In this document: in pieces, positions 40,184 to 49,607 of the stretch
Layout of the letters: each line of letters starts with the position of its first letter
How positions within the stretch are numbered: the first letter of the stretch is position 1
DNA from: [Phormidium ambiguum] IAM M-71
GTDB taxonomy: Bacteria; Cyanobacteriota; Cyanobacteriia; Cyanobacteriales; Aerosakkonemataceae
Assembly: GCF_001904725.1 (NCBI RefSeq)
Contig: NZ_MRCE01000032.1
Coordinates: 1 to 64,000 of the forward strand
Reading direction: 5' to 3'
DNA: 64,000 nt
Notes under the pieces: generated by a model
Seen by the model: the letters and a program-made list of their open reading frames with translations, nothing else
Told to the model about the DNA's origin: nothing
Databases searched by the model: none
Position numbers and translations under genes: made by a program

Positions 40184-42292
40184 TTAATGAATGAATGCAG
40201 ATGTACCAATTGTGATAGCAATGCTTAAACCAACCAACAGCCAAAACGAACGCACCTGGCATGGGTGAAGAAACTGCATGAAGTAGCCGATTAAACCTAG
40301 TAAACTAAACAGCGATGCAATCTTTAAGCGAGTGGTACTCCATGCAATACCAGAACCAAGAAAATTGCTATTCTGAGAATTAGATAAGCAATTATTTTTG
40401 TTGTTGTAGTTATAAAGCTGTAACACCTTCTCTCCGTAGGATTTGAGCGAGTAACCACCGTAAATATCGGAGTAGTTAGCATCTACTTTGCTACCTTCTC
40501 CCCCAAAGTGTTTTTGCGCTACTCGTTCGATGAGGCGATCGCCTTCAAATAATTGTCCGGTGGTAGGATCGACTTGAGAACGAGTGCGATCGATACTTTC
40601 AGCTAGAGTGTTTTGCAAAAGCCGATCTTGCACCGCCGGGGGGAAGAAGCGGAATAGTTCTTGTGATGTAGGTTTTTTACCGCTTTTGACTTGCTTGAGG
40701 AATTCAGTACCTCCAGCAACAGAACCGATCGCTTGTTGTACATCTTCACGGTAACTCATCAATTGATAGCGACCTAAAGCCATACCGCAATTAGTTCCCC
40801 CATCGGCACAAACATAAGCGCCAATGGCTTGATAGTCGCCGCTATCTGCACTTTCCAGGTTAGCGATCGCCTCTGTTAGACTGGCAGTATCCACATCACC
40901 GATGTAAGTACTCGGACGCACGCATCCAGGCTGGCTTTTCAGTGGTTCAGTTCGATTTGAATTAGAGTTAGAAGGTATAGACTGCTTGGGTTTTGAGGAT
41001 TTAGCAGCATCAGTGGAACGAGACACAGTTCTTGAGGGACCGCCTTCTAGCAAACCCACAAATATCGGTGAATTGACGTTGTAACTGAAAAAGGGAATTG
41101 GGCCGATAATGTAAGGAGATTTGCCGCAAGGAAGGCTTAAGCGAAAGTAAAGTGCGGTATCAACTTTATCGGTGGTTTCATCGGTTTCCATTACCACGAC
41201 TTTGAAAGCTTTACCAAAGGGATGGCGACCCGTTGGTTCCCAACCTGCCAAACAACCAGAACCGCCTCGAACTTCTTGGTACTTTCCACTAATCCACTGT
41301 TTGCCTTCCAGTGGGGCACTAATGCGACGACCGGAGTTTTCTAAATCATCAAGTTCAATGTAAGCGCAGTTTTTAGTGCAGGTAACTGCAAACCCTTCGA
41401 CATCAGAACCGGAAATAGTGTTTTGGCGCTTGCTTTCAGATGCACCATAAACCATGTCAATTCGCATCACTCCACCGCCTACTTCTGCTACTGGTACTGG
41501 AAATTGAGAAAGCGGTAGCGTCGCGAGGTTGGGAATATCAGCTATTCGTTCGGGTTCCCAACCAGAAAACTGTTCAAGATTGACACTGGTTAAGTTGGGT
41601 ATTTGTGCAATTGAAAATGCAGATAGGTCAATTTGGTTAAGTTGAGTTTCTCCTAACTTTGGTACTCGTTCTATTACTTGACTAATTGGTAAGTTATTGG
41701 AGTTAAAGGTAACAGAAGATAGCTGAGAAATTAAAGCTGCGATCGGCGGCACTTCACTCAATCGAGAGTGACCTAAATTGGGAACAATTTCGACCAGATG
41801 GCTGAGGGTTTGCTTGCCTAATAACGGAAATGCTGACAAAGCTACATTTTGCCAATTTGTGCTATTAGCTAGAAGTTGTTTAATTGCTGCTAAGGAAAGG
41901 ATTTCTGGTTTAAGGTCGCTAATATCTGCTAGCTGTAAAATTTGTTCTATTTTATCGCCTGCTTGCCAACTTCTATTACCAGCGATTCCTGCATTGGGAA
42001 CTGCTGGAAAGTCGCTAAAGGTAATCTGATTCCAATCGGGTAATAATACTTTAGCTTGTTCTGATTCCCAAATTCGAGTAGGTAATGGATTGGCATAAGC
42101 CATTGATGAAAAGCTTAACCAGATAAACACAGAAATAGCGAGTGGTAATATGAAATTACATCGCTTTAAAATCCTTTTGACATCAATGCAGTAATTAAAT
42201 TGATTGGAACCGTTCATTTGGTTCACCGTTATCTTTTTGAGGCTTTGACAAATAAAGAAAAGAGTGGCGAGTAAGAAATAGAGAGTGAGCAA
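40184..42292 (-). CDS. Large exported or membrane-anchored hypothetical protein. A possible peptidoglycan-hydrolase-like segment is present.
   Basis: There is an N-terminal signal/TM region and a C-terminal TM region. VCADGGTNCGMALGRYQL loosely resembles the GH108 lysozyme DxGGxTxxGIT motif, which is a weak match. Confidence 0.4.
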   Translation of the reverse strand: MLTLYFLLATLFFICQSLKKITVNQMNGSNQFNYCIDVKRILKRCNFILPLAISVFIWLSFSSMAYANPLPTRIWESEQAKVLLPDWNQITFSDFPAVPNAGIAGNRSWQAGDKIEQILQLADISDLKPEILSLAAIKQLLANSTNWQNVALSAFPLLGKQTLSHLVEIVPNLGHSRLSEVPPIAALISQLSSVTFNSNNLPISQVIERVPKLGETQLNQIDLSAFSIAQIPNLTSVNLEQFSGWEPERIADIPNLATLPLSQFPVPVAEVGGGVMRIDMVYGASESKRQNTISGSDVEGFAVTCTKNCAYIELDDLENSGRRISAPLEGKQWISGKYQEVRGGSGCLAGWEPTGRHPFGKAFKVVVMETDETTDKVDTALYFRLSLPCGKSPYIIGPIPFFSYNVNSPIFVGLLEGGPSRTVSRSTDAAKSSKPKQSIPSNSNSNRTEPLKSQPGCVRPSTYIGDVDTASLTEAIANLESADSGDYQAIGAYVCADGGTNCGMALGRYQLMSYREDVQQAIGSVAGGTEFLKQVKSGKKPTSQELFRFFPPAVQDRLLQNTLAESIDRTRSQVDPTTGQLFEGDRLIERVAQKHFGGEGSKVDANYSDIYGGYSLKSYGEKVLQLYNYNNKNNCLSNSQNSNFLGSGIAWSTTRLKIASLFSLLGLIGYFMQFLHPCQVRSFWLLVGLSIAITIGTSAFIH

Positions 42293-42332
42293 AAAGTTCT
42301 ACTCTCTATTTCTTACTTGCTGTTAATAAAAG

Positions 42333-42551
42333 CTAATCAAGCTCTAGTTCTAACTGTGGATTGAAACGAGTAGGTGAATCTGTCCAAGCACTGTCGGCTA
42401 AATTAGATGAGTCGTAAACGTTTTCTTGATAGCCGTCATCAAAATTACCTTGACGTGCTTTCTCTGGTGAGGCATAACCTAATGTATCTTCATCAGCATA
42501 GTATCCAGAGTTTTGATAGCCTAAATTTGGCTCGAAGGAAGTATTGTTCAT
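42333..42551 (-). CDS. Small acidic hypothetical protein (72 aa)
   Basis: The call rests on the ORF only. Confidence 0.25.
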   Translation of the reverse strand: MNNTSFEPNLGYQNSGYYADEDTLGYASPEKARQGNFDDGYQENVYDSSNLADSAWTDSPTRFNPQLELELD

Positions 42552-42723
42552 AGTTTAGATTGAGTCAGTTAAGTAAACAACTTCAAACTAAATCATGCCA
42601 AACATTTACTACTTCACCAGAACTGGTAATTCTTGACCATTATAGTTACCCCCTCCACTTGGAGGGGAGAGCTTTAATATTAGTTAATCTATAAAGTTAC
42701 AACTTTTCGTCCTCTCAAAATAA

Positions 42724-43035
42724 TCACTTTTGATACAAAGCACGAGTAAAATCTAAAACTTCTCTTTTACGTTCCTCAGATAAGTTTCCGATGGCTGCTA
42801 CAATCTGTTCTGATACTGATAACCAACTTTTAGTTTTAGCCTTCCAAACCACTATAAATTGCTCGGATGATAGCGGACAAAGAACCTCTGCTTCTCCTTC
42901 TTCGTTAGTAAATTCTACTTCATATTTACCATCAGCATAGCAATCTACAATTGCTCCTCGCACTCCCGAAAAAAGATTATACTCAGGCAAATTAACCAGT
43001 AATTCAATTACATCAAATAATTCTGGTTCAATCAT
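42724..43035 (-). CDS. Small conserved hypothetical protein (DUF4926-like)
   Basis: MIEPELFDVIELLVNLPEYNL...GKYEVEF is typical of this small cyanobacterial family. The assignment is from memory. Confidence 0.4.
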   Translation of the reverse strand: MIEPELFDVIELLVNLPEYNLFSGVRGAIVDCYADGKYEVEFTNEEGEAEVLCPLSSEQFIVVWKAKTKSWLSVSEQIVAAIGNLSEERKREVLDFTRALYQK

Positions 43036-43168
43036 CTTCTCCTCCGCACGAAAACGTCATAGAGATTAAATTGATTATAACTGTCTAGATGATTAGTTGC
43101 TAGCAAATAAAATGGATATTAAATTGCCCTACCACTAAACATTTTTATAGTTAGGGCAATATTTTTAC

Positions 43169-43396
43169 TCATTTAACGGTTAACTCTGCTGCCTGCAAAA
43201 CTGCTTCTATATCGTAATCAGTTGGTAGCATAATAACTTGGTAACTGTAATTGTCCAGCGATTGAGTCTCAGAATGATTATCCAATAAATTTTGAACAGC
43301 ATCACAAAATATATCTTGTCCATAGGTTTCTAAAATAGAACCTAGTTTGGCAACACAATCTTGGATCTGTTTGTTTCTAGATTTGAATTGTCTCAT
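43169..43396 (-). CDS. Small hypothetical protein (75 aa)
   Basis: The ORF is adjacent to the DUF4926-like gene. The two may form a pair. Confidence 0.3.
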   Translation of the reverse strand: MRQFKSRNKQIQDCVAKLGSILETYGQDIFCDAVQNLLDNHSETQSLDNYSYQVIMLPTDYDIEAVLQAAELTVK

Positions 43397-43584
43397 CTTG
43401 GTTTAACCTGTTAATTGATAATTATTTGTTAGCGAACGCAACTTTAGTCATTAGTTAATTTTCACGGTACACTCGTACTTCAGCTAAAAAAGTAATGATA
43501 ATTAGCCAAAGATTTAATGACTAAGTGACTCTCTTCACTTACCGCGAGCGCGGTAGCTAAAAAAAGCTAGTATTTACCACTGAA

Positions 43585-45498
43585 ATGAAACTTATTGCCA
43601 AATCAATTATTCGACGTTACTCCTGTACCCGTAGCAGAAAAGATAGTCCAGGTTCTTTTTATTCCTGGGCCGAAACCCAAGTAATGATGCAATATAATCA
43701 GTTAGCTCGGTTTGTCAAAATAAACAACACTAGCTTTTTGAATTATCCCTATCAATTAATCGATAATGCTGCCGATTTAGAAACAGCACTTGAACCATTT
43801 ATGGCAGCAAAAATTATTGGCGTTGACTGTGAAACATCAGGAGGAATTGATCCATATCGAGCCAAAATTCGCTTGGTGCAACTAGCGATTCCCCAACATC
43901 CAGCTATCATTATTGATTTAGCTGCTATTGATAGTGCAGATTTGTCACCATTACGCCAACTTCTCAGGGGAAATGCACTCAAAGTAGGACACAATCTTAA
44001 ATTTGAATGGATGATGTTAGCACAAGCTGGATTAAAACCAAGCCGCCCTTTTTTTGATACCTACCTTGCTTATCGCGTGCTAACTGCCGGACTTAAATGT
44101 AGTTTATCTCTAGAAGCAGCAGCAGCACAATTACTAAATGTCAAATTAGACAAAAGGTTACAAACAAGTGATTGGTCGGGCGAACTAACAGCTGCTCAAT
44201 TACAATATGCAGCTATAGATGCAGCAATTGTATTGCCTTTACGAACTAACTTGAAACGTCAACTAAAAAAAGCTTTGTTGTGGTCAACTGCTTTACTGGA
44301 ATTTGCTTGTTTACCAGCAGTTGCTCAAATGGAACTCAATGGAATGTGGTTAGATAAACAACAATGGCAGTTATTGAAAGCACAGCTAGAAGCACAACAG
44401 AAAGCACTTGCTATAGAGCTTTCTTCATTGCAAATTCCATCCCCGAATAAACAAATTTGTTTACTTCCAGAATTCGCTAATTCTATCAATCTGCGCTCTC
44501 CCAAACAAGTTTTAGCTGCTTTGCAAGCCCAAGGAATTCCGGTTTCTTCTACTAACACTCAAGCTTTAATTCCTTTAGTTAACGAATACCCCATAATACA
44601 AGCATTGCTGGATTATCGTAGTTTATCAACTAGAATTAGCACCTTTGCAGAAGGATTAGTACAGCACGTTCATCCCGTTACTGGACGCATTCATCCCAAT
44701 TGGTTTCAAATAGGAGCTAAATCGGGTAGATTTAGTTGTCGAGAACCGAATTTACAAAATGTTCCCAGAAATCCAGCTACTCGACAATGTTTTAAACCTG
44801 CATTGGGCCATGTTTTACTGAAGGCAGATTACAGTCAAATTGAACTACGAATCATGGCTAAAGTGACTGGCGATATGCGAATGATTGCTGCTTATTCAAA
44901 GGGTGAAGATTTGCACAAATTAACTGCTTCTTTAGTATTGGGTAAGTCGCTATCTGAGATTAATTCAGAGGAACGACAGCTTGGTAAAATCATCAACTTT
45001 GGCTTAATTTATGGTATGGGAGCCAAGAAATTTAAAAATATGGCACAAGCCGAACATGGTAGAGTTTTGAGTTTAGAAGAAGCTTCACAGTTTCGGAAAC
45101 GCTTTTTTGAAAGCTACGCTGGCATTGCAGAATTTCACAAGCATATTCGCAGAAACTGGCTTCAAGGAATTAGAGAAAGTCGTACTTTAGGAGGTAGGCG
45201 AAGACTTTGGTCTAAAGATTCTAAGCCATTGCTTAACGAGATGTTGAATAATCCAATTCAAGGACTGAGTGCTGATATCACAAAACTGGCACTAGCCAAA
45301 CTATTTGCACCACTGAATCGCACAGAAGCCAGGTTGATTTGCGTAATTCACGATGAGATTTTACTAGAGTGTCCGATTGCAGAAGTAGAACCAGTTAAAG
45401 CTTTACTAAAACGCTCTATGGTAGAGGCTGGAGACAAGTTTTTAACACCAATTTCCTGTGAAGTTGAAATTCAAATGGTTGAGAGTTGGGGAGGTTAA
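43585..45498 (+). CDS. Family A DNA polymerase (PolA-like, with a 3'-5' exonuclease domain and no 5' nuclease domain)
   Basis: Exo I is IGVDCETSG. Motif A is DYSQIELRI, which is identical to E. coli Pol I. Motif B is RQLGKIINFGLIYGMG. Motif C is VIHDEILLE. Confidence 0.85.
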   Translation: MKLIAKSIIRRYSCTRSRKDSPGSFYSWAETQVMMQYNQLARFVKINNTSFLNYPYQLIDNAADLETALEPFMAAKIIGVDCETSGGIDPYRAKIRLVQLAIPQHPAIIIDLAAIDSADLSPLRQLLRGNALKVGHNLKFEWMMLAQAGLKPSRPFFDTYLAYRVLTAGLKCSLSLEAAAAQLLNVKLDKRLQTSDWSGELTAAQLQYAAIDAAIVLPLRTNLKRQLKKALLWSTALLEFACLPAVAQMELNGMWLDKQQWQLLKAQLEAQQKALAIELSSLQIPSPNKQICLLPEFANSINLRSPKQVLAALQAQGIPVSSTNTQALIPLVNEYPIIQALLDYRSLSTRISTFAEGLVQHVHPVTGRIHPNWFQIGAKSGRFSCREPNLQNVPRNPATRQCFKPALGHVLLKADYSQIELRIMAKVTGDMRMIAAYSKGEDLHKLTASLVLGKSLSEINSEERQLGKIINFGLIYGMGAKKFKNMAQAEHGRVLSLEEASQFRKRFFESYAGIAEFHKHIRRNWLQGIRESRTLGGRRRLWSKDSKPLLNEMLNNPIQGLSADITKLALAKLFAPLNRTEARLICVIHDEILLECPIAEVEPVKALLKRSMVEAGDKFLTPISCEVEIQMVESWGG

Positions 45499-45568
45499 GT
45501 TGGCTTTATATACCTAGCTAGATTGAACATTGCTGAAATGAGAAAGTGAAGAAATTGAAGTTTTTACC

Positions 45569-45592
45569 AACCCGCATTAGCGGGTTTTTTTT
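45569..45592 (+). terminator. Rho-independent terminator
   Basis: The sequence is aacccgc-atta-gcgggtt followed by a T9 run. Confidence 0.75.
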
Positions 45593-45625
45593 ATGAAATT
45601 CACTTTATCGGCTTAGAGATTAAAT

Positions 45626-46063
45626 ATGTCCAATTATACATTTGTACCGCCCATCTGGATTATTTGCCCACATGAAGGATTAAGATTGAGAATTAGTATT
45701 GAGTCAGAATTGCTGGGAACAATTAGTGATGGCGAACAACTTCAAACAATTACTCGTTATCAAAGATTTGGCACTAGTCCTGCTAATGGGGATTTCATCG
45801 AAGGCGTTGCTGCTGTTACTTCTAGTACAGGATTAGTCATAGGAATTCATCGAAGATTGTATGTCACTTGGTTGGCTCCTGCATTAAACCCAGCACTAAA
45901 TTATAGTCGTTATTTTGTGACGATTTTGGCACTGCCGACAACGATGTCTTCTTCTCCCAACGAGTATCCAGCTGCTGTTAGTTTGTTAGAAACGCAACGT
46001 TTTTGCGAACCATCTAATTTGCCAGAAGATATCAACAAGCAACCACCATTTTATCTTGAATAA
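45626..46063 (+). CDS. Hypothetical protein (145 aa)
   Basis: The call rests on the ORF only. Confidence 0.35.
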   Translation: MSNYTFVPPIWIICPHEGLRLRISIESELLGTISDGEQLQTITRYQRFGTSPANGDFIEGVAAVTSSTGLVIGIHRRLYVTWLAPALNPALNYSRYFVTILALPTTMSSSPNEYPAAVSLLETQRFCEPSNLPEDINKQPPFYLE

Positions 46064-46074
46064 CTTAACCGCGA

Positions 46075-47259
46075 TTGCGGTCAATGGGTAGCAAAACTTC
46101 TTTGTTGTTACCCATGAAAAGTTTACTTGAAATTCCCATAATTGATTCAAAAATTCGCATTGAAGTTCGGCAGCACTTACGAAAAGAATCCTACCAAATT
46201 AAGAGCAGGAAAGATTTAATTCCTCACCTCAACCGGAATTTGAAACATGGCTGGCTCTTACCAATTTTAGCGCAAGTAGACCGTTGTCTTTGGGGAAGGT
46301 GGGATTATTGGGCGAGGTGTCAAGCAGTTCCGGCTCATGCTTGGACAAGATGGCAAATGGAACCAATGTTAGCTCTTTTAGAAAATCGCAAATCCGAACG
46401 ATTACCCAAATTTGTGATTCAAGAAACACTACCGAATGAACCAATACCTCAAATTGAATGGCAGTATTCGAGCCTAGCAGAAAGTATGCTAAACAATACG
46501 CTTAATTGTATTCCTAAACATGGGGAATGGCGCACTTGGAGTGCTTGGGAATATTTGCAATATTTCTTGCATTGGGCTTTGTTTGGTTTCGGTCATCCGG
46601 CTTACAAAAGTTTACCGAAAGAACCAGCAGGTTGTGAAGGTGCATCAATGCGTCTGTATCAGGTTTTCGATTTGTCTGCTCTCCTACTTTATCCTGAAGA
46701 TTATTTAGGTAGAATTCTTCCTGATATTTGTGGCAAGAAAGCTCAGAGAAATGCTGGGTTTTATCCGACACCGTTAGTGGTTGCTAGTTTCATATCTCAA
46801 GTAATTAGTCATGAGAAAATCGACCGAACTGCTAGTTTTTCTGAACCAGCTTGTGGGACGGGTGCTTTGATGTTGGCACAATCTAATAATTGTTTGTCTG
46901 GTATTGGTCAAGATATCGACCAAGTTTTGTTAAAATGCGCTTTATTTCAGTTTTTTCTCTATGCACCTTGGTTGGCAATACCGATTTGGTGGTTGGGTCA
47001 AACTGACCTATTACTTGGTAATAGTTTATCAGCCAAAAAGCCTGAATCAATGAATGCGGTTTATTGGTATTCAGAATGGTTTGAAACTGTTGAAAATAAG
47101 GAAGTGGCGGAAAATATTGAACCAACAATTGAGATAGTAGAACCAACAATAACCCCGAAAATAGTAGTTCAAGAAGTAGTACAGGGTAAACGCAAACCGA
47201 AAAAGAATCCAGCTTCAGGTCAGCAAATGACATTGTTTAATTTGGAAAATTTTACTTGA
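46075..47259 (+). CDS. N6-adenine DNA methyltransferase-like protein (HsdM/N6_Mtase-like motifs). Motif IV is not evident.
   Basis: AGFYPTPLVV matches the GxFYTP motif and EPACGTGALM matches the SAM motif I. No NPPY/DPPF was found. Confidence 0.4.
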   Translation: MRSMGSKTSLLLPMKSLLEIPIIDSKIRIEVRQHLRKESYQIKSRKDLIPHLNRNLKHGWLLPILAQVDRCLWGRWDYWARCQAVPAHAWTRWQMEPMLALLENRKSERLPKFVIQETLPNEPIPQIEWQYSSLAESMLNNTLNCIPKHGEWRTWSAWEYLQYFLHWALFGFGHPAYKSLPKEPAGCEGASMRLYQVFDLSALLLYPEDYLGRILPDICGKKAQRNAGFYPTPLVVASFISQVISHEKIDRTASFSEPACGTGALMLAQSNNCLSGIGQDIDQVLLKCALFQFFLYAPWLAIPIWWLGQTDLLLGNSLSAKKPESMNAVYWYSEWFETVENKEVAENIEPTIEIVEPTITPKIVVQEVVQGKRKPKKNPASGQQMTLFNLENFT

Positions 47260-47386
47260 AAGCTAAAATTCCAAATAAATAGGAAAAATTCAAACGTAAG
47301 TAATATTTCAAGAAATTGAAGCAATCTTATGTAACGGTCAAAGTAATCTAAGCGTTACATAAGACTCAATTTTAGTGAAATTAGAC

Positions 47387-47408
47387 AGGCGACTATTGTC
47401 GCCTTTTT
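47387..47408 (+). terminator. Rho-independent terminator
   Basis: The sequence is aggcgac-tatt-gtcgcct followed by TTTTT. Confidence 0.7.
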
Positions 47409-47433
47409 CGATGAAGTGAAATAGGTAAAAATC

Positions 47434-47769
47434 ATGCAAAATGTTAACTTCATCGGCTACAAATGTGAAGTCAAAGTTAGTCGTTATGCTCATGGCATAT
47501 CTCCCTGCCTACGTTTAGTGGATACTGAAGGAATGCCTATAGCAACAGCCACAATCAATGTGCCTAATTTTCAATTACCACCCGATTATGTTGTTATCAA
47601 AAATTACTCGGAAAATGAAGGTATTTTGGAAGCACTGGTAGCTGCTGAAATTGTACATCCAACTGGAAAAACAGTGCCAATCGGTCACAGCATTGGCTAT
47701 ATTTGTCAGCTAGCTCCTGAAGTAGCAGCACAACTGCCATCTGTTGAGCTTAATAATATTAAGGTTTAA
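47434..47769 (+). CDS. Hypothetical protein (111 aa) bracketed by terminators
   Basis: It forms an independent small transcription unit. Confidence 0.4.
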   Translation: MQNVNFIGYKCEVKVSRYAHGISPCLRLVDTEGMPIATATINVPNFQLPPDYVVIKNYSENEGILEALVAAEIVHPTGKTVPIGHSIGYICQLAPEVAAQLPSVELNNIKV

Positions 47770-47793
47770 AAGCTTTTGGCAGAAAGATAAAAA

Positions 47794-47817
47794 CTCCGCA
47801 GTCCTGCGGAGTTTTTT
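47794..47817 (+). terminator. Rho-independent terminator
   Basis: The sequence is ctccgcag-tc-ctgcggag followed by TTTTTT. Confidence 0.75.
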
Positions 47818-48157
47818 AGGCTCTTGACTTGCCAGAATTAGGTCAAATTGAGAAACTTACGCTTCGCCAATGTCGTGCAATTATTCGCTCACTTAATAAT
47901 ACGCTGCCAAAAAGCGATCGTTTTTTGAAAAATTCAAGAACTGCTTTAGCTTTTTTTAATATTTCTTCGTTGGAGTACTTCGCTATAATTCTTTTTTTGT
48001 CAGGAATTAATCAAGAAAAAACAACTTATTATAGAAGCTGCATCAACTATAATTAAGTCTTTTATTAATAGCTTATTTAACTTTAACTACAGTAATGACA
48101 AGTTGTTTTCTGGGCAGCTAGCGCTGCCCCAGTATGACAGCTATTTTAAGATAAAAT

Positions 48158-49588
48158 ATGCAAACAAAAACTCGACCTGCTAAAAGAAAAAGCCAAGTCA
48201 AAGAAAATGGTTCTGTTCAAACAAAAGCTAAAGCTGATACCACGAGACGAACGGAATCTCAAGCTGAGAAGAAACCCAAAGTAGAAACAAAAGTAGAAAC
48301 AAAAGCAGAATCTACATCCGAAGTCAATACTAACAGTTCAGATGCTGTTCTATCAACGGGGATGCGATTAATTTGCACGCAAGAGAACTTAGCAACTCAC
48401 CTCGATTTAGTTAGTCATGCCGTGCCTGCTAAACCCACGCATCCAATATTAGGAAATGTTTTGTTGATTGCTAATCAAGAAACTCAAAAAGTTCAACTGA
48501 GTGTTTTTGACCTTAATCTAGGTATTCAAACATCATTTGATGCTAAAGTTCAAGCCTCTGGCGAATTGACTATTCCAGTGGGAATCTTGAGTGATATTGT
48601 AGCGAAACTCTCTCGCGGGGATATTACTTTAGTCAATCAATCGCCTTTGAATACGGAGGAAACTGAAGATAATCATCCCGAGAAAGTAGAGGCAGGTCAA
48701 CATCAAATTATGACGTTAATCGCTACTACTGGACGCTATCAAGTACGGGGATTACCAACTGAGGAATTTCCGCCGATTCCTGAAGTTAATTCAACGCTAA
48801 AAATTCGGGTGCCAGTGGAAGCTTTGCAAGCCGGAATTAAAGGAACGTTAATCGCTACAACTAGTGATGAAACTAAGCGCATTTTAACAGGTATTCACTT
48901 CAAAATAGAGTCAAATGGCATCGAATTTGCTGCGACGGATGGACATCGATTAGCTGTTATTAATACTTCGCTTTCCGGGTTCAAAAAGAAGAAACAAACT
49001 GAAATTACAGAGCCTTTAGAGTTTACAGTACCAGCTAAGGCGCTGGTGGAGTTAGAGCGGATTTTATCGAGTAGAACATCAGTCGAGCCAGTGGAATTAT
49101 TCTATGAAGAATCAAAGGGACTTATCGAATTTCGCTGGGGAACGCAACGATTAGTTAGCCGTTGTTTAGAAGGTGCATATCCAGCGTATCAAGAGTTATT
49201 GAAGCAGGATTTTAAACAACAGGTAACGTTGGAGAAAGCACCTTTGATTAAGGCTTTAGAAAGAATTGCGGTGTTGGCTGATAAGAAGGAAAAGAGTGTC
49301 AGTATCCGTCTTAATAGTGAAGCTCAACAAGTTTGTTTGTCATTGTTTAGGGAATTTGGAAATGGTCGGGAAGAGATGACGGCTTGCATTAATTGCGATA
49401 GTGATATGTCAGTTTCTTTTAACATTAAATACTTGTTGGAAGGAGTAAAAGTTATTGCTAGTTCAGAAATTCAGATGCAACTAACTCAAAAAGATGGCCC
49501 TGCTATTTTAGTTCCGTTTGGCAATCGAGAGCAACCTAATATTCTGATGGATGCTCAATACTTGTTAATGCCAATTTTCAAAGAATAA
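48158..49588 (+). CDS. dnaN: Second DnaN-like beta sliding clamp with a Lys-rich N-terminal extension
   Basis: HPILGNVLLIA and ATDGHRLAV are present. The protein is about 40% identical to the 18609..20048 copy by eye. Confidence 0.75.
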   Translation: MQTKTRPAKRKSQVKENGSVQTKAKADTTRRTESQAEKKPKVETKVETKAESTSEVNTNSSDAVLSTGMRLICTQENLATHLDLVSHAVPAKPTHPILGNVLLIANQETQKVQLSVFDLNLGIQTSFDAKVQASGELTIPVGILSDIVAKLSRGDITLVNQSPLNTEETEDNHPEKVEAGQHQIMTLIATTGRYQVRGLPTEEFPPIPEVNSTLKIRVPVEALQAGIKGTLIATTSDETKRILTGIHFKIESNGIEFAATDGHRLAVINTSLSGFKKKKQTEITEPLEFTVPAKALVELERILSSRTSVEPVELFYEESKGLIEFRWGTQRLVSRCLEGAYPAYQELLKQDFKQQVTLEKAPLIKALERIAVLADKKEKSVSIRLNSEAQQVCLSLFREFGNGREEMTACINCDSDMSVSFNIKYLLEGVKVIASSEIQMQLTQKDGPAILVPFGNREQPNILMDAQYLLMPIFKE

Positions 49589-49607
49589 TGAGGGGAGAAA
49601 ATAAATC

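Noticed and set aside
47829-48056. 75-aa ORF between a terminator and the second dnaN
   Set aside because: It is low-complexity and AT-rich and has no motifs. It more likely belongs to the promoter or leader region of dnaN.
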